Positions 42,925 through 52,505 of a DNA stretch of 64,000 nucleotides are shown piece after piece; position 1 is the first letter of the stretch, and each line of letters begins with the position of its first letter. The translations under genes and the position numbers were made by a program. This DNA comes from Candidatus Udaeobacter sp. (lineage in GTDB: Bacteria; Patescibacteriota; Patescibacteriia; Magasanikbacterales; GWA2-37-8), in the NCBI GenBank assembly GCA_035473115.1, contig DATION010000002.1, forward strand, positions 105,368-169,367. Reading direction: 5' to 3'. The notes under the pieces are model-generated. The model was not told the DNA's origin and searched no databases. It saw nothing but the letters and a program-made list of their open reading frames with translations.

Positions 42925-44118
42925 TTAACGGTTAGCTCGCTGCTGAGAAACAATCGCTGGTAAATATTTCATTACATAATCAATATCTGCTTTAGTATTG
43001 CAATGGCCAAGAGTAAACCTTAAACTGCTGCGCGAATCTTCGGCCGAAATCCCCATCGCTTTTAAGACATGAGATTGATTTATAGATTTAGCTGTACAGG
43101 CAGCTCCGGCCGAACACATAATGCCATATTCATCCAAATACAAAAGCAAAGCTTCACTTTCTGTTCCTAAAAAGCTGATATTTAAATTGTTTGCCAATCT
43201 GTCAGCGCCAATTGTTGGGCCGTTTAATACAATGTTTGGAATATTTTTTTGTAATTTTTCCCAAAAATATTTAAGCAAACTTTCTAAGCGTTTTTGTTCT
43301 TTTCCTTTATTGATTTGGGCCAGTTCTAAAGCTTTGGTAAAACCGACAATTCCGGTAATATTTTCGGTTCCGGCGCGTAAATTACGCTCTTGCTCCCCTC
43401 CTAAGATTAATGGCTTGATATTTACTCCTCTGCGTAGATACAACATTCCCGTTCCTTTTGGACCATAAATTTTACTGCCATTAATGGTCATTAAATCAAC
43501 ATGCAATTTCTCGACATCTAAATCCAAAAAACCAGCGGCTTGGCAGGCGTCAGTATGAAAAAATGGATAAACAGTATTATTATTTTTTCTATATTGCAAT
43601 AATTTACGGCCAATTTCGGCAATCGGTTCAATGGCACCCATTTCATTGTTGGCGTACATTGTAGAAATCAAAATTGTATCCGGGCGAATAGCTTTAATAA
43701 CTTCTTCGGCATCAACAATTCCTTTTTCGTTTACAGATACATAGGTAATTTCAAAACCTTGTTTTTTTAAATCTTCCAATGGATGAAGTATGGCATGATG
43801 TTCTATAGCTAAAGAAATAATATGTTTGCCATGCTGCTGGTGCGCTTTGGCAATTCCATAAATAGCCAGATTGTCCGACTCCGTGCCACTGCTAGTAAAA
43901 ATAATATTTTCCGGCAAAGCATTGATTATCCTGGCCACACTGCGGCGACTATTATTTAAAACTCCGTTTACTTTTACACCTTCTTGATGAAGCGAAGATG
44001 GATTGCCGTAAAATTTGTTTAGATACGGCTGCATAGCCAAAATAACCTTCTTATCTAAATAAGTGGTAGCAGCGTGATCCAGATATACCTGTTTTATTTT
44101 TTTTGGTTTTGACAACAT
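42925..44118 (-). CDS. iscS: Cysteine desulfurase (NifS/IscS family)
   Basis: PLP-lysine region (HKIYGPKGTGMLY) and the active-site Cys loop (SAGAACTA). Confidence 0.85.
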   Translation of the reverse strand: MLSKPKKIKQVYLDHAATTYLDKKVILAMQPYLNKFYGNPSSLHQEGVKVNGVLNNSRRSVARIINALPENIIFTSSGTESDNLAIYGIAKAHQQHGKHIISLAIEHHAILHPLEDLKKQGFEITYVSVNEKGIVDAEEVIKAIRPDTILISTMYANNEMGAIEPIAEIGRKLLQYRKNNNTVYPFFHTDACQAAGFLDLDVEKLHVDLMTINGSKIYGPKGTGMLYLRRGVNIKPLILGGEQERNLRAGTENITGIVGFTKALELAQINKGKEQKRLESLLKYFWEKLQKNIPNIVLNGPTIGADRLANNLNISFLGTESEALLLYLDEYGIMCSAGAACTAKSINQSHVLKAMGISAEDSRSSLRFTLGHCNTKADIDYVMKYLPAIVSQQRANR

Positions 44119-44121
44119 TTT

Positions 44122-44712
44122 TTAAAATGGCAAAGTTAAATTGATATTCTTTTTGGCAGTGGAATCTTTTTTATCAGCTGCAGCATCAAAATTAACGGCA
44201 AAAGGAGTTATCTCTCCAACTAGTGATTTATAAAATAACTGTTTATTATTTTTACCAAACTCATAAATTTCTTTGGTCACTTTTACATCCTGTTCGCAAT
44301 ATTTTTTAATTTCGTCTATCTTACCTTCTTTCCACCATTGAATCGCCTGCAGCCCATCAGCGCTTTTTTCTATATCTAAAGTTGCCATGGCCACATCGTT
44401 TAATTTTAAACGCTTACCCACGCTTTCTTTAACTTTTACCATAATATCCAAATGGTTTATGACCGATAAATCACCTGGGTAATAATTATGCAAAATTGGC
44501 AAATCAAAATGCTCGCTGTTATAGCCGATAATCCGATCCGCTTTTTCCAAAATCGGCCAGAGTTTGTTTAGCTCATTTTCGGAAAAACTCATATAACTAT
44601 CGGTAGCGTAGCTGTAGATAGACACGCAAGAAATACGAAATTTTGTAAAATCATTGTCCACGTCGGCAAAAGTATTTTGGGTTTCTATATCAAAAACTAT
44701 TTCGTTTAACAT
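44122..44712 (-). CDS. DEDD-family 3'-5' exonuclease
   Basis: Exo I motif FDIET, then YNSEHFD and a C-terminal YCEQD, consistent with a DnaQ/RNase T-like fold. Confidence 0.6.
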   Translation of the reverse strand: MLNEIVFDIETQNTFADVDNDFTKFRISCVSIYSYATDSYMSFSENELNKLWPILEKADRIIGYNSEHFDLPILHNYYPGDLSVINHLDIMVKVKESVGKRLKLNDVAMATLDIEKSADGLQAIQWWKEGKIDEIKKYCEQDVKVTKEIYEFGKNNKQLFYKSLVGEITPFAVNFDAAADKKDSTAKKNINLTLPF

Positions 44713-44725
44713 AACCAGATTTTAA

Positions 44726-44809
44726 TTGTCATCCCGAGCGAGCCGTAGCGACGAGGGATCTTTACTTTAAATGAATAGATTCCTCACGTAAGGTTCGGAA
44801 TGACAGTTG
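44726..44809. repeat. Palindromic repeat element copy A (TGTCATYCYGA terminal inverted repeats)
   Basis: Roughly 84-bp imperfect palindrome: TTGTCATCCCGAGCG...GAGGGATC...GATTCCTC...TTCGGAATGACA. It supplies the last 8 codons and the stop codon of thiI. Confidence 0.7.
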
Positions 44810-46019
44810 AGTGAATTAAACCATTTTTAGCAATATACGGTATGACTTCTGTTTTTGCAATTACCGCTTCATCGATTAATTTTTCGTACTTTAAAACCTC
44901 TTTTAATCTGGATTTTGTGGCTGGATGTCTGGCTACAAACAGGCTGCAGCAATCCTCGTATGGGCGAGCGGAAATTTCCATTGTGCCAATTTTTCTAGCC
45001 AAATCTATTATATCTTTTTTGTTTGTTCCTATCAACGGAGAAAGCTTTAACAAATTAGATGCTTCAGCGATAACAGCCATATTTTCCAGAGTCTGAGAAG
45101 CTACCTGCCCCAGACTATCGCCATTTACCAAAGCTAAAAACTTGTTCTCTCGAGCAACTTTTTCGGCAATTTTATTAAAAATGCGGCGAGTAACTATCAT
45201 GCGGTAAGGCGCCGGAATTTTCATAATTATCTGTTTCTGCACATTGGCAAACGGCACCATAAACAGTTTGATTTCCGGCTGATAACTAGACAAAACTTTA
45301 GCTAAATCAAAAATTTTCTCGCTTACCTCTTCGGTAACTTGGGTTTGATTTTGAAAATGAATTAAATTTACTTCGCCGCCGCGGCACATTATTTTGTAAG
45401 CTGCCACTGGGCTGTCGATACCGCCAGATAACAAAGCCAAAACTTTACCCGAGGTAGAAGTTGGCAAACCGCCAATCGTATTTATAGTATTACCATAAAT
45501 ACAGGCGTCATTTCTGCCAATAGCAATATGAATATCTAGTTCTGCGTTATTTAGAGAAACTTGCCAATTATATTTTAAACGCACATACTCCCCTATCTCT
45601 TTTTCGATTTCAAGTGAAGATAGAGGAAAATTTTTATAAGATCGTTCTGCGGAAATACGGAAAGTTCGTTTGTCATTCTGAGCGGAACAAAGTGGAGTCG
45701 AAGAATCCCTTGTACTTTGGTTTAAGGGATCTCTCGACTGCGCTCGAGATGACAGTTGAATAATTTGATCTATCCCATCTTTAATATCTTGAATTGTGCT
45801 TTTTGTTTTTAGCGCTTCGGCATAATTAGCAAAACCTGGAATAAGAACCAATTGCTGTAACTGCTCTGCTTGAATATTTTCCAGCCACAAACCACTTTCT
45901 ATCCTCGAAACTTTTACTCCTGATAATAAATTTTCTAAGTTATTTATTAACTTACGATAAAAAATAGGCTGATTTGAGCCTTTCAAAAATATCTCATCAA
46001 TATGAATAATTACATTCAT
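44784..46019 (-). CDS. thiI: tRNA 4-thiouridine synthase ThiI carrying a 30-codon in-frame palindromic-element insertion
   Basis: N-terminal ferredoxin-like and THUMP domains and the PP-loop SGGIDSPVAAY. The segment RAQSRDPLNQSTRDSSTPLCSAQNDKRTF is encoded by repeat copy B. Confidence 0.8.
   Translation of the reverse strand: MNVIIHIDEIFLKGSNQPIFYRKLINNLENLLSGVKVSRIESGLWLENIQAEQLQQLVLIPGFANYAEALKTKSTIQDIKDGIDQIIQLSSRAQSRDPLNQSTRDSSTPLCSAQNDKRTFRISAERSYKNFPLSSLEIEKEIGEYVRLKYNWQVSLNNAELDIHIAIGRNDACIYGNTINTIGGLPTSTSGKVLALLSGGIDSPVAAYKIMCRGGEVNLIHFQNQTQVTEEVSEKIFDLAKVLSSYQPEIKLFMVPFANVQKQIIMKIPAPYRMIVTRRIFNKIAEKVARENKFLALVNGDSLGQVASQTLENMAVIAEASNLLKLSPLIGTNKKDIIDLARKIGTMEISARPYEDCCSLFVARHPATKSRLKEVLKYEKLIDEAVIAKTEVIPYIAKNGLIHSTVIPNLT
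45669..45758. repeat. Palindromic repeat element copy B, inserted in frame within thiI
   Basis: TGTCATTCTGAGCG...GAGTCGAAGAATCCCTT...AAGGGATCTCTCGACTG...CGCTCGAGATGACA. 90 bp, equal to 30 codons. Confidence 0.75.
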
Positions 46020-46023
46020 GATT

Positions 46024-47103
46024 TTATTTTATTACCAAAGATTGTCGTATTTCTTCGGCGTTTCGCAGCTGTCCGCAAGCAGCAGCAATATCTTGGCCTT
46101 GAGAATAACGCACGGTAGAAGTAAAACCGGCATTCATAAGCGAAGTATGCCAGTGTTCAATATTTTCTTTTGGCGACTCATCAAAATCCGAAGGCATGGC
46201 CACGGTAGAAATATTGTTATATGGAATTAAATTTATTTTTATCTTTCCTAATTTTGAAGCTAGAGTCATCAGCGCTTTTAAATCTTTTGGTCCGTCATTA
46301 ACTTTACCAAGCATAATATATTCCAAACCAATAAAATGGGCTCGGCTAGGGTGCATCTGGTGATACTTTTTGGCCCAGCCAACCAAGTATTCCAAAAATC
46401 CTTTTTGGTGCGAAGGCATGATGGCAGCGCGAGTTTCTTCGATGGCGCTATGCAAAGATAAAGCAAAACGGACTGGTGGAAAATCTTTGTCTACAGCCAA
46501 TTTATCCATCATCACTGGAATACCACAGGTAGATAAAGTAATTTTGCTTGGACCAAGAGTGGTATATTTTAAAATAATATTTAAAGCAGTTTTGATGTTT
46601 TCGTAATTGAGCAGCGGTTCACCCTGGCCCATGATTACCATATTATCTATTTCGCCCAAATTCCTTTCTGCCAAAAATCTTTGCCAAAAACGATATTGAT
46701 CCACAACTTCTTCGGGAGTTAAATTTCGAGAAAATCCAGCTTTGCCAGTAGCACAAAAAGCGCATTTCATGCCGCAGCCGACTTGCGAAGAAATACAGAT
46801 AGTATAACGATCGCGACCACCCGCAGCGGTTAAGTTTTTTCTGCCCATTAATACAGCTTCAATTAATCGGTCATCAGATAATTTCAATAAAGCTTTTTTG
46901 GTATTATCTTTTTTACTCTCATGCATCACATGCAAGCGCAGGGATAGCCAAGGTTTATCTTTCAATTTTTCTCGCAATTCTTTTGGTAAAGTGGTAATTT
47001 TTTCGTAACTATCTACTTTCGCGTCAAACCAGGCTCGGAACACTTGGTCCTGCCTGAATTTCTTTTCCGTAGATAAAATTTGTAATAAGTCTATTTCTGC
47101 CAT
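46024..47103 (-). CDS. rlmN: 23S rRNA (adenine2503-C2)-methyltransferase RlmN (radical SAM)
   Basis: CGMKCAFCATG radical-SAM motif and the RlmN/Cfr family pattern. The start was set at the ATG at 47103; the ORF-track start at 47142 is a TTG. Confidence 0.8.
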   Translation of the reverse strand: MAEIDLLQILSTEKKFRQDQVFRAWFDAKVDSYEKITTLPKELREKLKDKPWLSLRLHVMHESKKDNTKKALLKLSDDRLIEAVLMGRKNLTAAGGRDRYTICISSQVGCGMKCAFCATGKAGFSRNLTPEEVVDQYRFWQRFLAERNLGEIDNMVIMGQGEPLLNYENIKTALNIILKYTTLGPSKITLSTCGIPVMMDKLAVDKDFPPVRFALSLHSAIEETRAAIMPSHQKGFLEYLVGWAKKYHQMHPSRAHFIGLEYIMLGKVNDGPKDLKALMTLASKLGKIKINLIPYNNISTVAMPSDFDESPKENIEHWHTSLMNAGFTSTVRYSQGQDIAAACGQLRNAEEIRQSLVIK

Positions 47104-47146
47104 ATTCGGGCTAAGTATGCCACAGTTTTGCTGTTTTGGCAATATG

Positions 47147-47175
47147 TTGACGGGAATTTTTTTTCGAAGTATATT
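47147..47175 (+). promoter_or_regulatory. Putative promoter of GC-rich cassette 2 (TTGACG-N17-TATATT)
   Basis: Sequence match. An AAAGGAG Shine-Dalgarno site lies 6 nt before the ATG at 47220. Confidence 0.35.
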
Positions 47176-47219
47176 TAAGAAGCGAAAAGTGCTTCATCAA
47201 CAAATTAAAGGAGAATTTA

Positions 47220-47450
47220 ATGGCCACAAGCCATAAAGTCGAGAGTTTCGACTTCGAGGCAGCAGAGCCTGGAGCTGAACAAGATTCTCACACTCCTGAA
47301 CAACACCTAAACCTGACAATCTTGTGCGACCTTGCAGATCGCAAGGCACCTATAGCTGAAATCAGGGTCTATACAGATCCCAGAGCAGCGCATATTTCCC
47401 ATTGCGAAAAGTGCCAAAATGCCCTAGGCTTCTACAAAATTTCGTTTTAG
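47220..47450 (+). CDS. GC-rich orphan small ORF 2 (76 aa, acidic)
   Basis: About 48 % GC. Strong Shine-Dalgarno site. An 8-bp stem hairpin (AGTATGCT...AGCATACT) overlaps the stop. No recognised family. Confidence 0.3.
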   Translation: MATSHKVESFDFEAAEPGAEQDSHTPEQHLNLTILCDLADRKAPIAEIRVYTDPRAAHISHCEKCQNALGFYKISF

Positions 47451-47525
47451 TATGCTGCTAACTAAGCATACTTGGAGGTTTGCGGCTCCTGAACAGGTAA
47501 AACTGATTTAGGGGCTTTTTCATTT

Positions 47526-49760
47526 TTACTCTAAAGCTCTTAAAATCTTTTCTTTAATATCTACTGAAGTCATCCCAGCTAACTCATATACCTCAGCCAC
47601 ATTACCGGATTTTAAATAATGGTTTATACCCAAAGCTTTTTTAGAATAATCCGCTGGTAACATAAATGGATACAAAAATCCTGGCCAACCATTATGCAAA
47701 GTAATTACTAATTCCCTTTCTTCATCTGATAAAATACTTTTCGCTTTAGTTGGATTAGTTTTTTGTAAATCTTCAAATAATTCCGGGGAAGTAACAGCTA
47801 TAATTTTTATATCTAATCCTTGCTTTTCCAGTTCAGGCAAAACTTCTAAAGTATTTAACAAAATTTGCATACCGCAAATTGCTAAAACCGTCTTTTTGCC
47901 TTTACCAGAGAATTGTTTATAAACATAAGCGCCATTATTGGCTTCTATGGCCGCTGGCACTTCAGCACGCTTTATTACCGGCTGTTCCGGCCGGTAAAGA
48001 GACAGAATAATTGGCTCACCTTTTTCTAAAGCGCCAAACAGCATTTCTATAGTTTCATTGGCATCTGTTGGTTTATATACTTTTATTCCCGGCAAAGCAT
48101 TATAAAGAGACATCCAATACATTCCTTGGTGGGTTGGACCATCTTCGCCAGTTTCCGGGCCGTCGTGGGCAGCCAAAGCAATAAAAAAGCCTTTGGTTTC
48201 GGGATTAAGTTGATTACCAATTACCGCCAAGCGAATCGCATTGCCCATCATATTGGTAAAAACGGCAAAAGTACCAAAGACCGAAACTGGTTTGTATCCG
48301 CCCGGCAAAATATCTTGCGTCAGTCCGGCGCCCATCATGGCCATATTTTGTTCAGCAATGCCATAGCGAATACCGCGGCCCAGTGGATTATTTTTGGAAA
48401 TCAATCCATAAACTTCTTCGGCAGAATTGGTATAAACAGATTTAGCCAAATCTCCGGCTCCAGCATAAAAAAAGGCGGTCTGTTTCATATACCAAGCCAT
48501 CCAGGCTTGCACAGCTTTGCGAGTAGCTACTTTTTCGCCTTCGGCAAAAACTAATTCCGGCGGCAAAACTTTTGGCCGTTTTATAGCTAGAGGATCAACC
48601 ATTGGTCGGCCGCGCAAAGCTTTTTTCATTTTTTCTACCAAAATTGATTCTGGCACAATTTTCTGCGCGCCGACTTCTAATCTTTCCAAAATATATTTTT
48701 CATCTTCTGGATTAATTTGCGCCAAAACAGTTTGAATATCCGGCAATACTTTCCCCGGTTCGCCAGCAATATTAAAGCCTAATTTTTTCATTATATTTAC
48801 ATAATCATCGTGCTTGGCCAGAGTACTGTGGGCAGCGGCAGTATTTTCAGTCTTGCCATAACTTTTAGCTTTTAAAGTATGACAGATAACTACCGTCGGC
48901 GCGCCATTGGCAAACCCTTGCGCAGCCAACTGATAGGCATAAACCATTTCCAAAACATTATGCCCGTTGGTTTCTATAACATTCCAACCCAAACCCAGCC
49001 AATGATTAATATATGGCGAAGCCACAACTTCTTCTATTTCATCATCGATGCCAAAATGATTATAATCTAAACTGACAATTAAATTTTTTAAGCCGTTGGT
49101 AGCAATGATATTTCGCGCTTCATAGGTCATACCTTCTTCGCTTTCGGCATCGCCCATAAATACCCAAGTTTTGGTATCCAAGCCGCAAGACTGGTGTACC
49201 ATAGCCATTCCGCCAGCTACAGCAAACCCGTGCCCCAACGGGCCGGTAGTAAAATCAGAATATGGATATTGGGCTTCGGCATGGCCTTGCGGGCCATCAG
49301 CATGACGAAAACGAATCAGGTCTTCAGGCATGACTGCTTTTACTACTGCTTCGCCAAATTGGCGGCCAGCCCGTTTTAAAACTTCGTAATATAAGGCTTG
49401 TCCGGCAAAAAGCAGATCAGCGCAATGGCCTGAACTCCAAATTAATCTGTCTCGACCAGGATTTTTGGGGTTGGTTGGATCAAAGGCCATTACTCCACTT
49501 AGTGTCATGGCCAAAAATTGCTCCACCTTGCTGCTGCTGCCCGGATGACCGGATTGTCCGGCTTCGACAGCAGCAAAAATAAGGCCGCGAATAATTTTGG
49601 CTAGTTTGTCTAATCTAGGAACATCTATGCCGTCTATGGAAGCCAGATCTAAATCTTCGATATTTAAATACTGCCCGCTCTGGACAGAATATTGCAAAAG
49701 GTTTTTTTCTTTCTTTTTAAAATCTGCCATTCCTTTTTTGTCTAGGAGGTTGTAGGGCAT
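47526..49760 (-). CDS. tkt: Transketolase (long form, 744 aa)
   Basis: TPP-binding N-terminal domain (GHPGSS..), pyrimidine-binding domain and C-terminal domain. Confidence 0.85.
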   Translation of the reverse strand: MPYNLLDKKGMADFKKKEKNLLQYSVQSGQYLNIEDLDLASIDGIDVPRLDKLAKIIRGLIFAAVEAGQSGHPGSSSKVEQFLAMTLSGVMAFDPTNPKNPGRDRLIWSSGHCADLLFAGQALYYEVLKRAGRQFGEAVVKAVMPEDLIRFRHADGPQGHAEAQYPYSDFTTGPLGHGFAVAGGMAMVHQSCGLDTKTWVFMGDAESEEGMTYEARNIIATNGLKNLIVSLDYNHFGIDDEIEEVVASPYINHWLGLGWNVIETNGHNVLEMVYAYQLAAQGFANGAPTVVICHTLKAKSYGKTENTAAAHSTLAKHDDYVNIMKKLGFNIAGEPGKVLPDIQTVLAQINPEDEKYILERLEVGAQKIVPESILVEKMKKALRGRPMVDPLAIKRPKVLPPELVFAEGEKVATRKAVQAWMAWYMKQTAFFYAGAGDLAKSVYTNSAEEVYGLISKNNPLGRGIRYGIAEQNMAMMGAGLTQDILPGGYKPVSVFGTFAVFTNMMGNAIRLAVIGNQLNPETKGFFIALAAHDGPETGEDGPTHQGMYWMSLYNALPGIKVYKPTDANETIEMLFGALEKGEPIILSLYRPEQPVIKRAEVPAAIEANNGAYVYKQFSGKGKKTVLAICGMQILLNTLEVLPELEKQGLDIKIIAVTSPELFEDLQKTNPTKAKSILSDEERELVITLHNGWPGFLYPFMLPADYSKKALGINHYLKSGNVAEVYELAGMTSVDIKEKILRALE

Positions 49761-49780
49761 ACTGGAAATTGAGTTATGTA

Positions 49781-51145
49781 CTATATTTCAAACTCTCTAA
49801 AATATTTTCTAAATCTATGATTATTCATCTCCATTCTATGAAAATATTTATCCGAAAACCCATCTTTATTTGAATGTTTTAGCAGCACCATATAAGAATC
49901 ATTCATTCTTTCAAAAAAACGTATCAAAAAACTCATCTGCTCTTTTGTTAATTTTCCACTATCCACAGTTTCCATAAATCTTCTTTGCATTCGTTCTTGT
50001 AGCATAAACAACTCTTCAAGCATCATCGGATGAGGTCTTTCTTCATGAGAAAAATGTTCTATAAAGTGCAGAACTCGTTCCTGGTTTCTATTAAATTCAA
50101 TAAAAAAATCATCATCTAAATTTAACTGTTTAACAAGATGCTGTAACTCTTCGCCTAACATTCCTTGCTGCATGATAAACTCATGAAATAAAGGATGTTT
50201 AAAATCTCTTGAGTGTAAGATCTTATGAACAACATAATTTCTTTCTTCTAAAGATTTAACTCTTTTGACATCTTGGAGGATTTTTTTATCAACTATTTGT
50301 TTGTAATACTCACCAGCAAGTTCTAAAAATTTTTCTGGGTCATACATATGAAAATCTACACCCGCCTTATCTTGAATTTCTTTTTTTAATTCATGCCTAG
50401 GCCCTATAACAGTTCCAGATTGTATCCACCACCAATCTTCTTTTTTATCTCTAGTAATAAAAATTATCGGTTTTTTTAACTCATTGGCCTTATCAATAAT
50501 TTGGTACCATAAAATCAAATCACCATATTCACGTTCATTATCTTTTGATGCATCTTTATAACCAGGAGGAACGTCATTTGAATATCTTTCTTTTCCTTCT
50601 TTATATATTTCGTCAAGTTTTTCCTTAAGGTATTCTTCACCAATACTATCTTTAAAAATCTTATTTAATTCACCTAAAATATTATCTTTATTAACCCAAT
50701 CTGGATGAGATTTTTCATTTTTATTAATACTGAGAGTAATCTTTTTTAAACAGCTATCTAATTCATTGCTAATTTCTTTAAGGTCTAAAAATGGATGTTC
50801 CTTGTGATACTTATCCTCAATTTTCTTTTGAGCATCCTTAATAGAGGTGTCTAAAATAGACCTTATTTTAGAGTAAGAATTTTTTAAATCAGCTATTTGA
50901 ATTATTCTTCTTTTATGAAACTCTAAGCCCACTTGATGCGGGATCCATATTCTATTTTCATCTTTAATTTTTTTAAGAATACCAATATATTTATCCGAGG
51001 TAGTATTGTTATACCTGTACAAGTCAAGCAAAACATTCGTGTCAAACACAAATACACACTCCTGCCATATTTTTTTTATTTCAGCATCAGAATACTTATA
51101 AAATTCTTTAAACTTATTCTTCATACGGCTTTTCATTAATAACAT
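49781..51145 (-). CDS. Orphan protein with an N-terminal PIN-like nuclease domain and a roughly 280-aa helical C-terminal region
   Basis: The VFVFDTNVLLDLYRY start is typical of PIN domains. Later ...IFITRD... provides further acidic residues. The C-terminal half is not recognisable. Confidence 0.5.
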   Translation of the reverse strand: MLLMKSRMKNKFKEFYKYSDAEIKKIWQECVFVFDTNVLLDLYRYNNTTSDKYIGILKKIKDENRIWIPHQVGLEFHKRRIIQIADLKNSYSKIRSILDTSIKDAQKKIEDKYHKEHPFLDLKEISNELDSCLKKITLSINKNEKSHPDWVNKDNILGELNKIFKDSIGEEYLKEKLDEIYKEGKERYSNDVPPGYKDASKDNEREYGDLILWYQIIDKANELKKPIIFITRDKKEDWWWIQSGTVIGPRHELKKEIQDKAGVDFHMYDPEKFLELAGEYYKQIVDKKILQDVKRVKSLEERNYVVHKILHSRDFKHPLFHEFIMQQGMLGEELQHLVKQLNLDDDFFIEFNRNQERVLHFIEHFSHEERPHPMMLEELFMLQERMQRRFMETVDSGKLTKEQMSFLIRFFERMNDSYMVLLKHSNKDGFSDKYFHRMEMNNHRFRKYFREFEI

Positions 51146-51240
51146 ACTTACATTATACCAATTTCCCTACACCTAAACAAGTTTCCTCTATCTCAAAATA
51201 AATGCTACAATTTAAATAGCTTAATTTTAAATAAAAAAAT

Positions 51241-51588
51241 ATGGACCAACAAAACCCAACTACCCAATCAGCAACACCCCAACCACAATCACCAAAACAC
51301 AACACTTTGATGGCTGTAGTAGCTTATCTTTTGTTTTTTATTCCCCTGCTTACCGATGCCAAAAATGATCCTTTTGTTAAATTTCATGTAAAGCAAGGAT
51401 TAGTATTTTTTATTTCTTGCTTGGCTGCCGCCATAATTATTCGGCTGCCAATCATCGGTTGGCTCTTGATGTTCCCAATAAATATTTTTCTTTTTGTAAT
51501 TTGGCTAATTGGGATTTTGAACGCTCTAAGCGGTAAACAAAAACTGCTCCCAGTGATCGGCAAGTACGGAGAGCAGTTTGAGTTATAA
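51241..51588 (+). CDS. DUF4870-like small membrane protein
   Basis: Pro/Gln-rich N-terminus, then the DPFVKFHVKQGLVF motif typical of DUF4870, plus two transmembrane helices. Confidence 0.5.
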   Translation: MDQQNPTTQSATPQPQSPKHNTLMAVVAYLLFFIPLLTDAKNDPFVKFHVKQGLVFFISCLAAAIIIRLPIIGWLLMFPINIFLFVIWLIGILNALSGKQKLLPVIGKYGEQFEL

Positions 51589-51598
51589 ACTTCTTTTT

Positions 51599-52030
51599 TT
51601 ATTTAATTGCTTGTTGAAGTGCTTGTTCTAATTTTTGCGGCTCATCGGTGCCAATCCGGTATATTTTTCCATTCTTCATAATAATTTCTACGGCATCAAA
51701 ACCGGAAACATTAAAAATCCAGGTTGTTGGATTTAATTTTAATCTTATCCCCCAGCCATAATACCATTTATTTTTTACCGCTTTAGCTGTTGCTATTTCT
51801 TTAAGAACAAATTTTTTGCTAAATAAACCAAAGGCTATATGAAGATGACTGTCATCTATTGTTACAGTAAGCGAAATAAACGAAACTAAAATTAGCAAAA
51901 CAATAAGCATCACGCTAGTAAATCCCGAAAAATCAAAGGCTCTTTGTAGTAAAAAAAATAGATAAAGCGCTGCTATGCCAATGGCGGCAAACAATATTAC
52001 CTTTCCGATCTGGGTGTGCTTGTAGAGCAT
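51599..52030 (-). CDS. Hypothetical membrane protein (two N-terminal transmembrane helices plus a small soluble domain)
   Basis: Hydrophobic N-terminal segments. No family recognised. Confidence 0.4.
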   Translation of the reverse strand: MLYKHTQIGKVILFAAIGIAALYLFFLLQRAFDFSGFTSVMLIVLLILVSFISLTVTIDDSHLHIAFGLFSKKFVLKEIATAKAVKNKWYYGWGIRLKLNPTTWIFNVSGFDAVEIIMKNGKIYRIGTDEPQKLEQALQQAIK

Positions 52031-52107
52031 AAAAAAATTAGATAAATAACTATATTATTATACCAATTTTGGCTTTTTAAGACAAACAAATTCTCTACCC
52101 TCGAGGC

Positions 52108-52136
52108 TTTACAAAAAGGCCTTTTTGTGGTAGACT
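52108..52136 (+). promoter_or_regulatory. Putative promoter of GC-rich cassette 3 (TTTACA-N17-TAGACT)
   Basis: Sequence match. A GGAGGG Shine-Dalgarno site lies 5 nt before the ATG at 52183. Confidence 0.35.
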
Positions 52137-52182
52137 ATTCGCACTCTGAACAACAAACCAAACCAACCTGCGGAGGGCTAGC

Positions 52183-52479
52183 ATGAGCCAAAATCTTGAT
52201 CTGGGCGTACGCCTCGATCTTGCGGCCATGCTTTCCCAGCGCGCCGCAACAAACGATCCCAAGAGCCGAATCAGCTCAAGGGAGATAGCTCGCGAAGAAG
52301 CTCGCGAGTATGACAAATTGAGGAATTCTGCAGAACGAGCCAGCATGGATCTTTATGACAGCCAGGCAACGTTTGCAGATCCGGAACATCGAGAACTATT
52401 GAGAAAAAAACAAAGGGCAGACTATGCCTTAGACGTTTTTCTCAGAAACCTAATCTCGAAAAAGCGGCCTGGTAAATAG
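52183..52479 (+). CDS. GC-rich orphan small ORF 3 (98 aa, charged, predicted helical)
   Basis: About 52 % GC. Strong Shine-Dalgarno site and own promoter. It is followed by hairpins and a terminator. No recognised family. Confidence 0.4.
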   Translation: MSQNLDLGVRLDLAAMLSQRAATNDPKSRISSREIAREEAREYDKLRNSAERASMDLYDSQATFADPEHRELLRKKQRADYALDVFLRNLISKKRPGK

Positions 52480-52505
52480 CGAGAGCAATCTCGCTACCGT
52501 CGGCG

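Noticed and set aside
52095-52346. 83-aa minus-strand ORF inside GC-rich cassette 3
   Set aside because: High GC inflates ORF length on both strands. Only the + frame has a promoter, a Shine-Dalgarno site and a terminator.
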